A stretch of 64,000 nt of DNA from Candidatus Cloacimonadota bacterium (GCA_963676615.1 OY781092.1:736001-800000); one strand, 5' to 3'. Shown: positions 31,163 through 41,500, counted from the first letter of the stretch. Numbers and translations are program-made. The notes: a model not told the origin generated them from the letters alone.

Positions 31163-31718
31163 AGCTAAAAAATTCCCCTTTTTGAGCAAAAAAGCGCTTG
31201 TCGCTTTGATTTTTTTCGCCTTCGCCACAACTAGTTTCGCCAGAACAAAAAGCGATTTTGAAGTCACGGGAGATGTTTTACAGATTTTGTTGCCCGTTTC
31301 GGTGGCGACCACCAACATCTATCTCAAAGATTATCAAGGACTTAAGCAATTCACATACGCCTTTGGCTCGTCGCTTGCCACCACATATCTGCTAAAATAC
31401 AGCATCAACCGCAAAAGACCCGACGGCACAGACTACTCATTCCCCTCTGGACACACCAACGCCGCATTCTCTGCCGCCTCGTTCATCCAATTTCGCTACG
31501 GCTGGAAAAAAGCGATACCAGCCTACATTTTGGCGTCCTATGTCGGCTACTCCCGCGTTCGTGCCGAAAGACACTACCAATCCGATGTTTACGCTGGTGC
31601 ACTCATCGGAATTTGCTTCTCCTACCTCTATGCAACACCCTACAAACCGAAAAATTTGCTCGTATCCCCAATCTTGCAAAAAAATTATCTCAGCGTAAGC
31701 CTAACTTACCGCTACTAA
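31152..31718 (+). CDS. PAP2-family phosphatase (LpxE-like)
   Basis: KYSINRKRP, SFPSGH, SRVRAERHYQSDV. Confidence 0.88.
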   Translation: MISRAKKFPFLSKKALVALIFFAFATTSFARTKSDFEVTGDVLQILLPVSVATTNIYLKDYQGLKQFTYAFGSSLATTYLLKYSINRKRPDGTDYSFPSGHTNAAFSAASFIQFRYGWKKAIPAYILASYVGYSRVRAERHYQSDVYAGALIGICFSYLYATPYKPKNLLVSPILQKNYLSVSLTYRY

Positions 31719-31719
31719 A

Positions 31720-32493
31720 TCACTTACCTATTTTTTTGGCGTCCTGCCACAAAGCTTCCATCTCCTGCACACTCGCCTGAGCAAGCTCTTTTTTGCTTTG
31801 CCTGAAATGGTCTTCGATATGCCCAAAACGGCGCCGAAACTTCGCACAAGCCTCCCGCAAACTGCTCTCGGCGTCCAGCTTGAAATAGTTCGCATAACTC
31901 ACCAACGCAAACAGCAAATCGCCAAACTCCTCCTGTGTGTGCGCCCGATCTTGCTTCTGCACAGCCTCTTCCAGCTCCGCTAGCTCTTCCCTAATTTTCG
32001 CCAAAATCGTGCCGAGCGAATCCCAGCTAAAACCGACAGCGTCCGCCTTTTCCTGCATCCTACTGGCGATTATCAAAGACGGCATCCCACTAGGAATACC
32101 ATCCAAAACCGATTTCCGATCCGACTTCTCCTTTCGTTTCGCCGACTCCCAGCTGAGCTTCGCGTCGTAGGCGCTAACGGCTTTATTCTCGCCAAAAACA
32201 TGCGGATGCCGCCGAATCAACTTTTCTGTGATTTGCTGCACCACATCTTTTATCGTAAACTCGCCATTTTCCTGCCCAATCTGCGCTTGAAACAAAATGT
32301 GCAACAAAATATCGCCGAGCTCTTCCCGCAAATTTGCCACATCGCCAGTCTCAATCGCCTCCACCGCTTCATACAGCTCCTCAATAAAATTCGGCACCAA
32401 ACTCTCACGCGTCTGCTTTTTGTCCCACGGGCAACCGCCGTCGGGGTCTCGCAAACTCCGCACAACCCGAACAAGCTCGTCAAACTCTTTCAT
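31720..32493 (-). CDS. mazG: Nucleoside triphosphate pyrophosphohydrolase MazG
   Basis: LRDPDGGCPWD, EELGDIL, IRRHPHVF, EEFGDLLF. Confidence 0.96.
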   Translation of the reverse strand: MKEFDELVRVVRSLRDPDGGCPWDKKQTRESLVPNFIEELYEAVEAIETGDVANLREELGDILLHILFQAQIGQENGEFTIKDVVQQITEKLIRRHPHVFGENKAVSAYDAKLSWESAKRKEKSDRKSVLDGIPSGMPSLIIASRMQEKADAVGFSWDSLGTILAKIREELAELEEAVQKQDRAHTQEEFGDLLFALVSYANYFKLDAESSLREACAKFRRRFGHIEDHFRQSKKELAQASVQEMEALWQDAKKIGK

Positions 32494-32500
32494 CTTTTTA

Positions 32501-33799
32501 TCAGGGGTGCAACCTGTAAATCATTCTCGGAAACGGAATCGTCTCTCGGATATGCGAAGTGCCGCAAACCCAAGCCACAAAGCGCTCTAGCCCGATACCA
32601 AAACCGCTGTGAGGCACCGAACCGTATTTGCGCAAATCCAAATACCAGCCGTAATCGTCCATCGACATATTCTCCGCCTCCATCTTCGCCTTGAGTTTTT
32701 CGTAATCGACCTCTCTTTCCGAGCCGCCGATAATCTCGCCAAAACCGCCCGGCGCAAGCAAATCACTGCCCAAAACCAGCTCTGGATTTTCTGGATCTTG
32801 CTTCATATAAAAAGATTTGATGCTCGCCGGCCACTTCTCGATAAACACAGGAACCACGCTGCCTTCGGTAATCGCCGCCTCCTCTTTCGCTCCAAAATCG
32901 TCCTCGTAACCGACATCAAAACCTTTCGACTTCAAAATATCGATAGCTTGCCGATGCGTAATTCGCAAAAAATCTCCGCAAGCAGCTTTCAACCTTTCTG
33001 GGTCGCTCTCCAAAATCTCCAACTCCTTGGCGTTATTTTGCAAGACATCGCCAATCACCGCCTTAATCAACCCCTCTTGAATGTCCATACTCTGGCAATG
33101 CTCCACAAAAGCAGCCTCAGCATCCATCATCCAAAACTCCGTCAGATGCTTGCGTGTCTTCGATTTCTCCGCCCGAAAAACTGGTCCAAAATCGTAAACT
33201 CTGCCCAAAGCCATAATTCCCGCTTCCAAATAAAGCTGCCCACTCTGCGAAAGATACGCACTGCCTTGGTCAAAATACGGCAGCTCGAACAAAGTCGTTG
33301 TGCCCTCGCACGCATTTGGCGTGAGAATCGGCGAATCAAAGCGGAAATAATCTAGCGAGTTCAGATAGTTGCAAATGCCGAAATAGATGGTGTGCCGAAT
33401 TTTTTGCATCGCCACCTGTTTGCGAGAACGAAGCCACAAATGCCGATGCGAAAGCAAGAAATCTGCTCCGTGCTCTTTTTTACCAATCGGAAAATCTTCG
33501 CTTTTGCCCAAAAGTTTTGCGCCCGTTAGGTGAAATTCCACTTCGTCTTCATATTTGGGATGCTTTTCTGGCACGCCCGTTAGCTCCACCGAAGCCTCTA
33601 GGCTGAAAGATTTTACCACTTCAAAAGCGTCTTCGCCCATATCGGGCTTGCTCGCCACCGCCTGCACCTCTCCAAGGCCATCTCGAAACACCACAAACCG
33701 CAACTTGCTGCTGGCTTTCCGCTGATTTCGCACCCAGCCACGCAAACAAACCTCTTGTCCCAAAAAATTTTTTATCTCTTTGCTCGTTACATATCGCAT
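32501..33799 (-). CDS. asnS: Asparagine-tRNA ligase
   Basis: LRGWVR, HRHLWLRS, YLSQSGQLY, FRAEKSKTRKHLTEFW, GFGIGLER; start could be TTG 33820. Confidence 0.95.
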   Translation of the reverse strand: MRYVTSKEIKNFLGQEVCLRGWVRNQRKASSKLRFVVFRDGLGEVQAVASKPDMGEDAFEVVKSFSLEASVELTGVPEKHPKYEDEVEFHLTGAKLLGKSEDFPIGKKEHGADFLLSHRHLWLRSRKQVAMQKIRHTIYFGICNYLNSLDYFRFDSPILTPNACEGTTTLFELPYFDQGSAYLSQSGQLYLEAGIMALGRVYDFGPVFRAEKSKTRKHLTEFWMMDAEAAFVEHCQSMDIQEGLIKAVIGDVLQNNAKELEILESDPERLKAACGDFLRITHRQAIDILKSKGFDVGYEDDFGAKEEAAITEGSVVPVFIEKWPASIKSFYMKQDPENPELVLGSDLLAPGGFGEIIGGSEREVDYEKLKAKMEAENMSMDDYGWYLDLRKYGSVPHSGFGIGLERFVAWVCGTSHIRETIPFPRMIYRLHP

Positions 33800-33913
33800 A
33801 TTCAAATCCGCCTTTTCCAAAATAATTTTCTACAACACAAATCAAAGAAGCAAGAATGTCAAGCCAGAAAATCGCCGCACGACAAAATCTCCGCTCTTTG
33901 ATCTAAAAATATT

Positions 33914-34828
33914 TTACTCTGGGAATAAAAATCGCAGCCGCTGACTTCCTTTGGCAATTCTAGGCAATTGCACCACAAAAAGCCCCAAAAGCACCAGCAA
34001 AACTCCCACGATTTTTTGCCAAGTAATCTCCTCTGCCAGCATAAAATGCGCGCCAACCATCGTTACCACGGGCATCAAGTTCAAAAACGAGTTCGTCGCC
34101 ACCGCTCCAATCTCTTTGATCAAATAGTTGTAGCCCACAAATCCCAAAATCGTCTCGAACACCAGCAGAAAAACCAGACCCTGCACTGCCTCTGGCACGA
34201 TTTTAACATCGCCAAGCGTCGGAAAATCGAAGATAAAAAATAGCGGTAAAAAATAGATAAACGCCAGCAAAAATTGGTCTCGCACCAGCTGAATAATGGG
34301 AAAATCGGTGGACAAGTTTTTCAAAATCACGACATAAACCAGCGAACTGAGCACCGCAAAAACCAGCAGAGAAATCCCTAAAATCGAGCTATGCCCAAGC
34401 CCCGAGACGCCAATAATCGTCGCGACTCCCACAAACGACACGATCAAACCCAAAAAAGAACTTTTCCGCACAGGATAACCAAAAACCAGCTTGCCCATCA
34501 GCGGCGTAAACAGTGGAATTGTGGATATAAAAATCGATGTAATCGTCGCCGAAACATATTTCAAAGCAAAACCTTCTCCCAAAAAAAACAGAAACGGGTC
34601 GCAAAAAACCAGCAAAAGCAACTGTTTGAACTTCAGACGAGTGTAGCGAGCTTTTATCCCCTTGATTTTCATCAAAATAGTCAAAGCGACAGCGCCTGCG
34701 CCGAATTTGGCGACCACCACCGTAAAAACGCCAAAGCTTAAGTAGCTCATTTTGAACCAGATATAGCCAATTCCCCAACAAAACATCACAAAAAAAGCGA
34801 CCAAAATGTGCCAAAGTTGCCTGCTCAT
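33914..34828 (-). CDS. DMT/EamA family transporter
   Basis: About 10 TM helices in two EamA repeats; NLMPVV...LAEEIT. Confidence 0.85.
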   Translation of the reverse strand: MSRQLWHILVAFFVMFCWGIGYIWFKMSYLSFGVFTVVVAKFGAGAVALTILMKIKGIKARYTRLKFKQLLLLVFCDPFLFFLGEGFALKYVSATITSIFISTIPLFTPLMGKLVFGYPVRKSSFLGLIVSFVGVATIIGVSGLGHSSILGISLLVFAVLSSLVYVVILKNLSTDFPIIQLVRDQFLLAFIYFLPLFFIFDFPTLGDVKIVPEAVQGLVFLLVFETILGFVGYNYLIKEIGAVATNSFLNLMPVVTMVGAHFMLAEEITWQKIVGVLLVLLGLFVVQLPRIAKGSQRLRFLFPE

Positions 34829-34859
34829 TTTTTCCTAAAACCTCATCTCAAAATAGCAA

Positions 34860-34894
34860 CTAGCCGCATCTTGAAACTTCAAAATGCAGGCTAG
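34860..34894 (-). terminator. Hairpin downstream of argG (possible terminator)
   Basis: CTAGCC-GCAT-cTTGAA ac TTCAAa-ATGCa-GGCTAG imperfect inverted repeat; weak U-tract. Confidence 0.45.
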
Positions 34895-34927
34895 CTACAA
34901 ATTATTTTTCGTCTAAAAAACGCAAAA

Positions 34928-36121
34928 CTATTTCTTGCTCAGCGCTTTCACCTTCATTTGCAAGCCGAAAAGATTGATAAACCCTTTGGCGTCCGCTTGG
35001 TCATAGACCGAATCTTCCTCAAAAGTCACCAACTCTTGGTCGTATAGTGAGGTCGGCGAGGTCATTCCCGCAATGGTGCAGTTGCCTTTGTAGAGTTTCA
35101 TCCGCACGACACCGTTGACATCCTCTTGCGTTTTGCTGACGAACTCCGAGAGCGACTCGCGCAAAGTGCTATACCATTTTCCGTTGTAAACAAGCTCGGC
35201 AAATCGCACCGCCAGCATCTCCTTAAAGTGCAAAGTGTCTCTGTCCAAAGTCAGATATTCCAGCTCCTGATGCGCCGTCACCAGCACGCGTCCAGCTGGA
35301 TTTTCGTAAACGCCACGAGATTTCATCCCCACAAGGCGGTTTTCCACCAAATCGTCGATACCAACGCCGTTAGCACCAGCAACTTTGTTCAAAACTTCCA
35401 CGATTTCCAGCGGCTTCAACTTTTTGCCGTCAACCGCCACTGGCAACCCTTTGACAAACTCAATCTCCACATAAGTCGGCTTGTCTGGAGCTTTCGCCGG
35501 CGGCACAGCCATCATATAGATATCGTCCAAAGGCTCGTTGTTCGGGTCTTCCAGGTCTGATCCCTCGTGCGACAAGTGCCACACATTGCGATCCATACTG
35601 TAGGGCTTCTCTTGCGAAACGGCGATTTTGATGCCCCGCTCGTTGGCATAATTGTAGGCGTCTTGGCGCGATTTAATGTCCCAAACTCGCCAAGGTGCAA
35701 TTATTTTCAGCTCTGGCGCAAGCGCTTTCACCGTCAGCTCGAACCGCACTTGGTCGTTGCCTTTGCCCGTGCAGCCGTGAGCGATATACTCCGCGCCCTC
35801 TTGCTTGGCGATTTTCACCAGCGCTTTGGCAATCACTGGTCTTGCCATTGCCGTGCCCAAAAGATATTTCCGCTCGTAAATAGCGCCCGAAGCCAAAGTC
35901 GGCCACACAAAATCTTCCACGAACTCGTCTTTCAAATCTTCCACAAAAATTTTACTCGCCCCAGAGTTAATCGCCTTTTGCTCCAGACCCTCCAATTCCT
36001 CGTCCCCTTGTCCCACATCTGCAGCCACAGCAATCACTTCTGCACCCTTGTAATTCTCTTTCAACCAAGGAATTATCACAGAGGTATCCAAACCTCCAGA
36101 ATAAGCCAATACAATTTTCAT
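34928..36121 (-). CDS. argG: Argininosuccinate synthase
   Basis: [46 protein letters not shown]. Confidence 0.98.
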   Translation of the reverse strand: MKIVLAYSGGLDTSVIIPWLKENYKGAEVIAVAADVGQGDEELEGLEQKAINSGASKIFVEDLKDEFVEDFVWPTLASGAIYERKYLLGTAMARPVIAKALVKIAKQEGAEYIAHGCTGKGNDQVRFELTVKALAPELKIIAPWRVWDIKSRQDAYNYANERGIKIAVSQEKPYSMDRNVWHLSHEGSDLEDPNNEPLDDIYMMAVPPAKAPDKPTYVEIEFVKGLPVAVDGKKLKPLEIVEVLNKVAGANGVGIDDLVENRLVGMKSRGVYENPAGRVLVTAHQELEYLTLDRDTLHFKEMLAVRFAELVYNGKWYSTLRESLSEFVSKTQEDVNGVVRMKLYKGNCTIAGMTSPTSLYDQELVTFEEDSVYDQADAKGFINLFGLQMKVKALSKK

Positions 36122-36137
36122 CATTTCTCCTAAATGT

Positions 36138-36917
36138 TTATTTATTGAATCTCGCAAAATAATTATCTATATCTTTTCTCATTTCAACACCAACTCTCTC
36201 AAAGCAATTAAGCAAGTCGTTATAAGCACCTTCACCGCCTAAAAAGTCCCAAAATTCTTCGGCAACTTTCAATTCGTTGTCCAAATCCAACATTCCTGCC
36301 ATAGTCCAACGGCTGTATGGTTTTGGTGCATAAGGATTGTAAGGAATAGCGATCAATGTGTTAATCTTTGCTTTTGGATTTTCTGCCAAAACTACTGCTG
36401 TCCATTCTAAAAGAGTTCGTTTAAACTCTTTGAAACCACCTTTGTTTGGTTTTGTTGTTTTTATATCAATCAAATAGATTTCGTTATCGTGGCTTTCCAG
36501 ATAAACATCAACTCTTGTTGGTTTCACTGTTCTCATTTCACCTTGCCGGCAAACTTTTCTGATTATTTTAATCTCTTTTTGCTTATCGGGTTTGTCATTT
36601 GCCGCAGTTAGATTATCCATAATTTTCTGGATTTCAAATTGAGCGGCTGTGCTAATTTCAGTTCCTGATTTTAGCTGTTTATCCGCAACTTTAAATCGTT
36701 CAGAAGCTAATGCAACTGCAACAGGTTCAAAAATTGTAGTCCCAAAGTTCGTGTTTAGAGAGTGAATAAAAGCATAAAGAGCCAATCTGTCTTTTCCTAA
36801 AAGTCTTGTGTGAAAAGGCATTACCGCTGGTTCTGGGTTGTAGGTTTCAAACCGCTTGTGTAAACTATTTCGGATTGTATTTTCTACTAATTCTATTTGA
36901 TTTTTTGTTAAGGACAT
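36138..36917 (-). CDS. Type II restriction endonuclease, TdeIII/MjaII family
   Basis: MPFHTRLLG...[15 protein letters not shown]...IDIKTTKPN (PD-D/ExK), [15 protein letters not shown]; next to an MTase. Confidence 0.82.
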   Translation of the reverse strand: MSLTKNQIELVENTIRNSLHKRFETYNPEPAVMPFHTRLLGKDRLALYAFIHSLNTNFGTTIFEPVAVALASERFKVADKQLKSGTEISTAAQFEIQKIMDNLTAANDKPDKQKEIKIIRKVCRQGEMRTVKPTRVDVYLESHDNEIYLIDIKTTKPNKGGFKEFKRTLLEWTAVVLAENPKAKINTLIAIPYNPYAPKPYSRWTMAGMLDLDNELKVAEEFWDFLGGEGAYNDLLNCFERVGVEMRKDIDNYFARFNK

Positions 36918-38608
36918 TATTTTTTACTTATATTTTCTATTAATCTTGTTGTTTTAGGTGAAGAATAAAACCCTCTTCTTTCAAATAGATAATCTTCACT
37001 CTCAACAAAAGAATTTGTTGAAGTAAAAATACTTTTTGCATTCTCTTCAATAGACAAATATTTTACTTTTTCTTCTGTTGTAATTTTATTTTCTTTTTCC
37101 AAAAACAAATTACATGTAAGCAATAAATGCATATCCATCGTTTTAGATCTTAATAAAAGATCTTTGGAAAGTGAAAATTTGTTTAACCAATAATATAAAA
37201 TACCGCAGTAATAATAATCAATAACATTATTTGCATTGATATTAAATATTTTCTTTTTAGCTTGATATTCATTTATTTTCTTGATTGCGTTACTTTTCAT
37301 TTTATGTGGTTCTTTTAAAAAAACAGACACATAAATTTTTGCTAAATTTTCAATATTAATCTTTTTATATGGATGTGTTATGTTTGAGTATTGCCCTCTA
37401 AGTCTTTCAAAATAGAGCTTTAAATAATCTGTACCTTGAAAATATTGTTCTATTTCTTCATGAAATTCATTTAAAGATTGCAGATCCTTATCTATTGAGT
37501 TTTGATTATTTGCAGCAAAAATAATTTGCTTTTTCAACTCATTATTTTCAGTTGCGATAACTTTGGCTATTACCTCGATGTCTTCAAGTTTATCTGGTGT
37601 CTTTTTATATTGATCATACAATATATGAGTTGTTTGACAACCATTTATTATTCTAGGATATTTTAATATATACTCATTTTCTTTAACCGTATGTCTTTCC
37701 ATACTATCACATAATATTGTCAAACCATTGTTTAAATAAATAAAATATGGATTATACCTCTCATTTTTAATGGTTTTTCTAATATCATTATTCACATTTG
37801 TATCCCCCAAGTGTGCTCTTGGATTTTCAACAAAAAGCCTCTCTTTTATATTATCATCATTTGTTAAAATCATTTTCTTTAATTCAGAAAATTTTATTGC
37901 TGATAATAGACTAATTTTAACATCATTTTTATCTTCTAATTGAATGCTTTTGTAAAAATTTAAAGAAATAGTATGATATTTTGCAATTTTATCATACTGC
38001 TCTTTTATTTCATCTTTTTGCCAAAAATAAATGTTGTCTAAATTGTATTTATTTGATAATTCTCTACGATTATTTAATTTACTTTTTTCATTATTCAAAA
38101 ACAATTCCGTTAAGGAATGAGATGTTTTTGCAGATAAAAAATACAATGATATTAAAGGTGTTTCGGCTAAATTATCAATATAATCACCCTCTTCACTTAA
38201 CAATTTGTTCAAAATTGTTGAAAAAGGTTCTATTTGAAATTTATTAGATAAGAAGTTGATAACTGTATCAACAAATGATTGGAATTTTTGCTCAGAAAAA
38301 CTATTTTGTATTGTTGATTGAATAAAACCAATTTTAACTTTTAGTTTTTCACTATCCCCTAATTTTTCTAAATCAATTTCTTCAACAATTAATCGCTCAT
38401 TAACAAAAATTCCAATTCCATCAATTCCCTGCGCTTTATTAGTTGAAACTTTATTTACATCTTCGAGTTCATCTTCTAATAATGTTGATATAACAACATA
38501 GTTTGAAAAATCTTCAAATACGCCTGCATTATTAGTCCCATCTAAATTAAATTTTTCGCAAAATGCATTTATTTTTGAATTAAGCCCAATATCAAAATTT
38601 TGTGCCAT
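36917..38608 (-). CDS. AIPR family (abortive infection phage resistance) protein
   Basis: LFVENPRAHLG, YLNNGLTILC, IINGCQTT, ANNQNSI motifs. Confidence 0.88.
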   Translation of the reverse strand: MAQNFDIGLNSKINAFCEKFNLDGTNNAGVFEDFSNYVVISTLLEDELEDVNKVSTNKAQGIDGIGIFVNERLIVEEIDLEKLGDSEKLKVKIGFIQSTIQNSFSEQKFQSFVDTVINFLSNKFQIEPFSTILNKLLSEEGDYIDNLAETPLISLYFLSAKTSHSLTELFLNNEKSKLNNRRELSNKYNLDNIYFWQKDEIKEQYDKIAKYHTISLNFYKSIQLEDKNDVKISLLSAIKFSELKKMILTNDDNIKERLFVENPRAHLGDTNVNNDIRKTIKNERYNPYFIYLNNGLTILCDSMERHTVKENEYILKYPRIINGCQTTHILYDQYKKTPDKLEDIEVIAKVIATENNELKKQIIFAANNQNSIDKDLQSLNEFHEEIEQYFQGTDYLKLYFERLRGQYSNITHPYKKINIENLAKIYVSVFLKEPHKMKSNAIKKINEYQAKKKIFNINANNVIDYYYCGILYYWLNKFSLSKDLLLRSKTMDMHLLLTCNLFLEKENKITTEEKVKYLSIEENAKSIFTSTNSFVESEDYLFERRGFYSSPKTTRLIENISKK

Positions 38609-38611
38609 TAT

Positions 38612-40189
38612 TTACTTTTCCTTTAAATGAAATATTATTTCAGCATACGCCGATTTATCTTTTTCTGTTCTGTTTAAAACAGGTCTTTTATATTGATTTA
38701 CAATTTGCATTCCCGCTTTCTCGGCTATTGTCGGATACATATTATATTTATCATTCGCAACAAGGAAAATATCGAAATCGTCTTGTAAATATTTTTTTGA
38801 GTTGATTAAAACTTGTGAAATTCCTTCGATATATGAATTTCTGGCTTGTATTCCTTGTCCTTTAAATAACGGACCGATTTCTAATTCGTCATTTCGCTCA
38901 AAACCAAATAAATCATAAGCGTATGCGTGCTGTTCGTGGTAATCGATCAATCCAACATATGGCGGACTCGAAAAAATCCCTTTTATTTTTTTTTCTCTAA
39001 CTAAGTTAGCAAATTCTAAACTTCTTACCTCAAGCTCCGAAATAATATCAATATTTCTCGAATCGCCCTGTAAACATAATTGGCTTGTATTTGTCCGCAA
39101 CTCTTTAAATTTTTGCAACCGCTTGACCGTATCTTTGCTATATCTTTCCCACCACGACAATATCGAAAATAGCGGTTTACAAATCTTCCCATGCTTTTTG
39201 CAATAATAAGTTTTGGTAACAGGCTCCTTTAATGTTGCCAAATCAGCGTGTGTCGTCGCTCTGCAAGATCTCATTGTCCGGCTCAATATAACAATCAAAG
39301 CATTTTTAACAGTACTATCATCTATATTTTTTATCTTTTCAAAAATAAAATCAATCTCTTTTTTAACAGGATCCAAATACCATTTTGTAAGAAAACAAAC
39401 ATTTCCATCCTGTTTAATTTTGAGTTTATATTTTTTTTGTAAGTTGTCAAAAATAAGAGCAAACTCTTTTTCTTTCGCCGCAGAATAACACTTTTCATCT
39501 ATCTCTTTTCGTCTAACTTTTATTTTATATTCTGGAGCTGGAAAATATTTTTTATTAAAAATATTTAACTCTTCAAGCAACTCTTTTTCAAAATCTAAAT
39601 TACTATTTTTTGAAACATTTTCTTTAAAAGAGATGGTTATATTTTTTATCTCCTTCTCAAGTTTTTCGATATCAACATCCCTAATTTTCACATTAGAAAT
39701 CATCACATTAAAAGCAGAAATATCAATACCTATCGCATTTAGTTCGAGCTCATTTGCTTGCACCATAGTCGTTCCACTTCCAGAAAAAGGGTCTAAAACA
39801 ATATCCCCTTTTTTAAAGCAAATTTCTTTTTTAAAAGAATCTATATGATCATCTAAAAAATATTCCACTAATTGTGGTATAAATTTTCCTTTATACGGAT
39901 GCAATCTATGAACATGCTTTGTTGTGTCTCTTTCCTTTAAATTATCAAAAGACAAATTCCAATTTAAATCACTTCCAAGCTTTTTGCGCCAATCTTTCTC
40001 ACGACGCCCACTAAAGCTATCATAATACCTTAGCAAATCATATTTATCAACAGAAGTGTTCCCGTTTTCTCCATATTTACGAACACGACCATACTGAACT
40101 AAGTAGGAAATATTGGAAACAGTAACATCTTTTTTTAAATAATCGCTCGCCCACTGGCTAGCCTCTTTCAAACTTAGTAAATTTTTCAT
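38612..40189 (-). CDS. DNA amino-methyltransferase (alpha-class order, probably N4-cytosine) with N-terminal HTH-like extension
   Basis: HPYKGKFIPQL, LDPFSGSGTT (motif I) before SSPPY (motif IV). Confidence 0.88.
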   Translation of the reverse strand: MKNLLSLKEASQWASDYLKKDVTVSNISYLVQYGRVRKYGENGNTSVDKYDLLRYYDSFSGRREKDWRKKLGSDLNWNLSFDNLKERDTTKHVHRLHPYKGKFIPQLVEYFLDDHIDSFKKEICFKKGDIVLDPFSGSGTTMVQANELELNAIGIDISAFNVMISNVKIRDVDIEKLEKEIKNITISFKENVSKNSNLDFEKELLEELNIFNKKYFPAPEYKIKVRRKEIDEKCYSAAKEKEFALIFDNLQKKYKLKIKQDGNVCFLTKWYLDPVKKEIDFIFEKIKNIDDSTVKNALIVILSRTMRSCRATTHADLATLKEPVTKTYYCKKHGKICKPLFSILSWWERYSKDTVKRLQKFKELRTNTSQLCLQGDSRNIDIISELEVRSLEFANLVREKKIKGIFSSPPYVGLIDYHEQHAYAYDLFGFERNDELEIGPLFKGQGIQARNSYIEGISQVLINSKKYLQDDFDIFLVANDKYNMYPTIAEKAGMQIVNQYKRPVLNRTEKDKSAYAEIIFHLKEK

Positions 40190-40201
40190 AATCAAAATAA
40201 A

Positions 40202-41077
40202 CTAGCCCAAATCTTCTCGAATCATCGTTCCGATGCCGTTGTCGGTGAAAATCTCCAAAAGCATCGAATGCTCCAGCCTGCCATCGATTATGTGGACCTG
40301 TTTCACGCCGCCAGCAATCGCTCTTTTGCAACATTCAACTTTGGGAATCATTCCCCCAGAAATCACGCCAGAAGCGATCATCTGGTCGATCATCGTCGGC
40401 GTCAACCGAGAGACAAACTCATCGCCGTTATAAACGCCCTCGATGTCGGTCAGCAGCAAAAATTTATCCGCCTTCAGCGCCGCCGCCACTTCCGCCGCAG
40501 CCGTATCAGCGTTGATGTTATAAGTGTTTTGCTGCTCATCCACACCCACTGGAGCCACCACCACCACAAATCCGTCGTCCAAAAGATTTTCCAGAGTCTT
40601 CGTCTTCACCTGCGTAATCTCGCCAACAAAACCCAAATCGACGACCTCATCGCCAGACTTCATCAGCTTTTTTTTCGCCCGAATGAAGCTATCGTCCTTG
40701 CCAGAAAGCCCGATAGCAGAGCCGCCGTGAAAATTCAGCCCCGCGACAATCTCCTTGTTCACTTTTCCCGAAAGCACCATCTCCACCACATCCATCGCCT
40801 GCCTCGTAGTCTTCCGAAGCCCGTTAACAAACTCGCTCTTTATCTGCATTTTATCCAAATAGCTGGCAATCTCCGGGCCACCTCCATGTACCACCACGAC
40901 TCGCATTCCCACAAAACGCATCAGCACCAAATCCATCACCACAGCCTCTTTCGACTTCTGGTCAACCATCGCATTTCCGCCGTATTTCACCACCACCGTC
41001 TTGCCACGAAACCGCTTGATATAAGGCAACGCCTCGATCAAAGTCGCCGCTTTTTGCTTCGCTCTCGTCAAATCCAT
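40202..41077 (-). CDS. argB: Acetylglutamate kinase
   Basis: VVKYGGNAM, VHGGGPEI, NINAD, GGMIPKV. Confidence 0.97.
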   Translation of the reverse strand: MDLTRAKQKAATLIEALPYIKRFRGKTVVVKYGGNAMVDQKSKEAVVMDLVLMRFVGMRVVVVHGGGPEIASYLDKMQIKSEFVNGLRKTTRQAMDVVEMVLSGKVNKEIVAGLNFHGGSAIGLSGKDDSFIRAKKKLMKSGDEVVDLGFVGEITQVKTKTLENLLDDGFVVVVAPVGVDEQQNTYNINADTAAAEVAAALKADKFLLLTDIEGVYNGDEFVSRLTPTMIDQMIASGVISGGMIPKVECCKRAIAGGVKQVHIIDGRLEHSMLLEIFTDNGIGTMIREDLG

Positions 41078-41092
41078 AATTTTTTCAAACCT

Positions 41093-41494
41093 TTATAAAT
41101 TGTTGCCTGTCCGATAGATAAGCGCCGTCTGTCCATCCAACTGCGTGCCAAAACCTTTTTTCCCGAAAATATTCGGGCGATTGGTAATCGTCAGCACCTC
41201 GTAAATCCCTTTCGCTTTCGCAGTGTCCAAACATTTTTGCAAAAGCTCGCTGGCAACACCTTTTCCCTGATATTCGGGCAAAACCGCCATCGAACGAATC
41301 TCCGCCAATTTCTGATTATACACCGCAAGCGCACAGCACGCAACTACTTGACCTGCAACATCTTCCACCCAAAACTCGTCAACGCACGCTCGCAAATCTT
41401 CCCGACTCCGCGGCAGCAAAATCCCGTAGTCGTTGGCAGTGCGAATAATCGCGTAAATCGCGTCCACATCCGCCAGCGTCGCCTTCCGTATCAT
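41093..41494 (-). CDS. Short GNAT acetyltransferase, probable ArgA-like N-acetylglutamate synthase
   Basis: LLPRS, LAEIRSMAV, YQGKGVA; lies within the arg operon. Confidence 0.75.
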   Translation of the reverse strand: MIRKATLADVDAIYAIIRTANDYGILLPRSREDLRACVDEFWVEDVAGQVVACCALAVYNQKLAEIRSMAVLPEYQGKGVASELLQKCLDTAKAKGIYEVLTITNRPNIFGKKGFGTQLDGQTALIYRTGNNL

Positions 41495-41500
41495 TTTGCG

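Larger units (their letters stand above)
36138..40189 (-). mobile_element. AT-rich defence islet (MTase-AIPR-REase) inside the arg operon
   Basis: Abrupt shift to AT-rich sequence between argB and argG; no integrase or terminal repeats seen. Confidence 0.7.

Noticed and set aside
36138..40189. The in-window RM system as the cause of ACGT absence
   Set aside because: The TdeIII/MjaII family is associated with GGNCC, which does occur here (e.g. GGACC at 38871); the islet looks recently acquired while ACGT loss is window-wide. Not fully excluded without a methylome
36100..40220. Prophage, transposon or att-site origin for the defence islet
   Set aside because: No integrase, transposase, target duplication or terminal repeats visible at either junction
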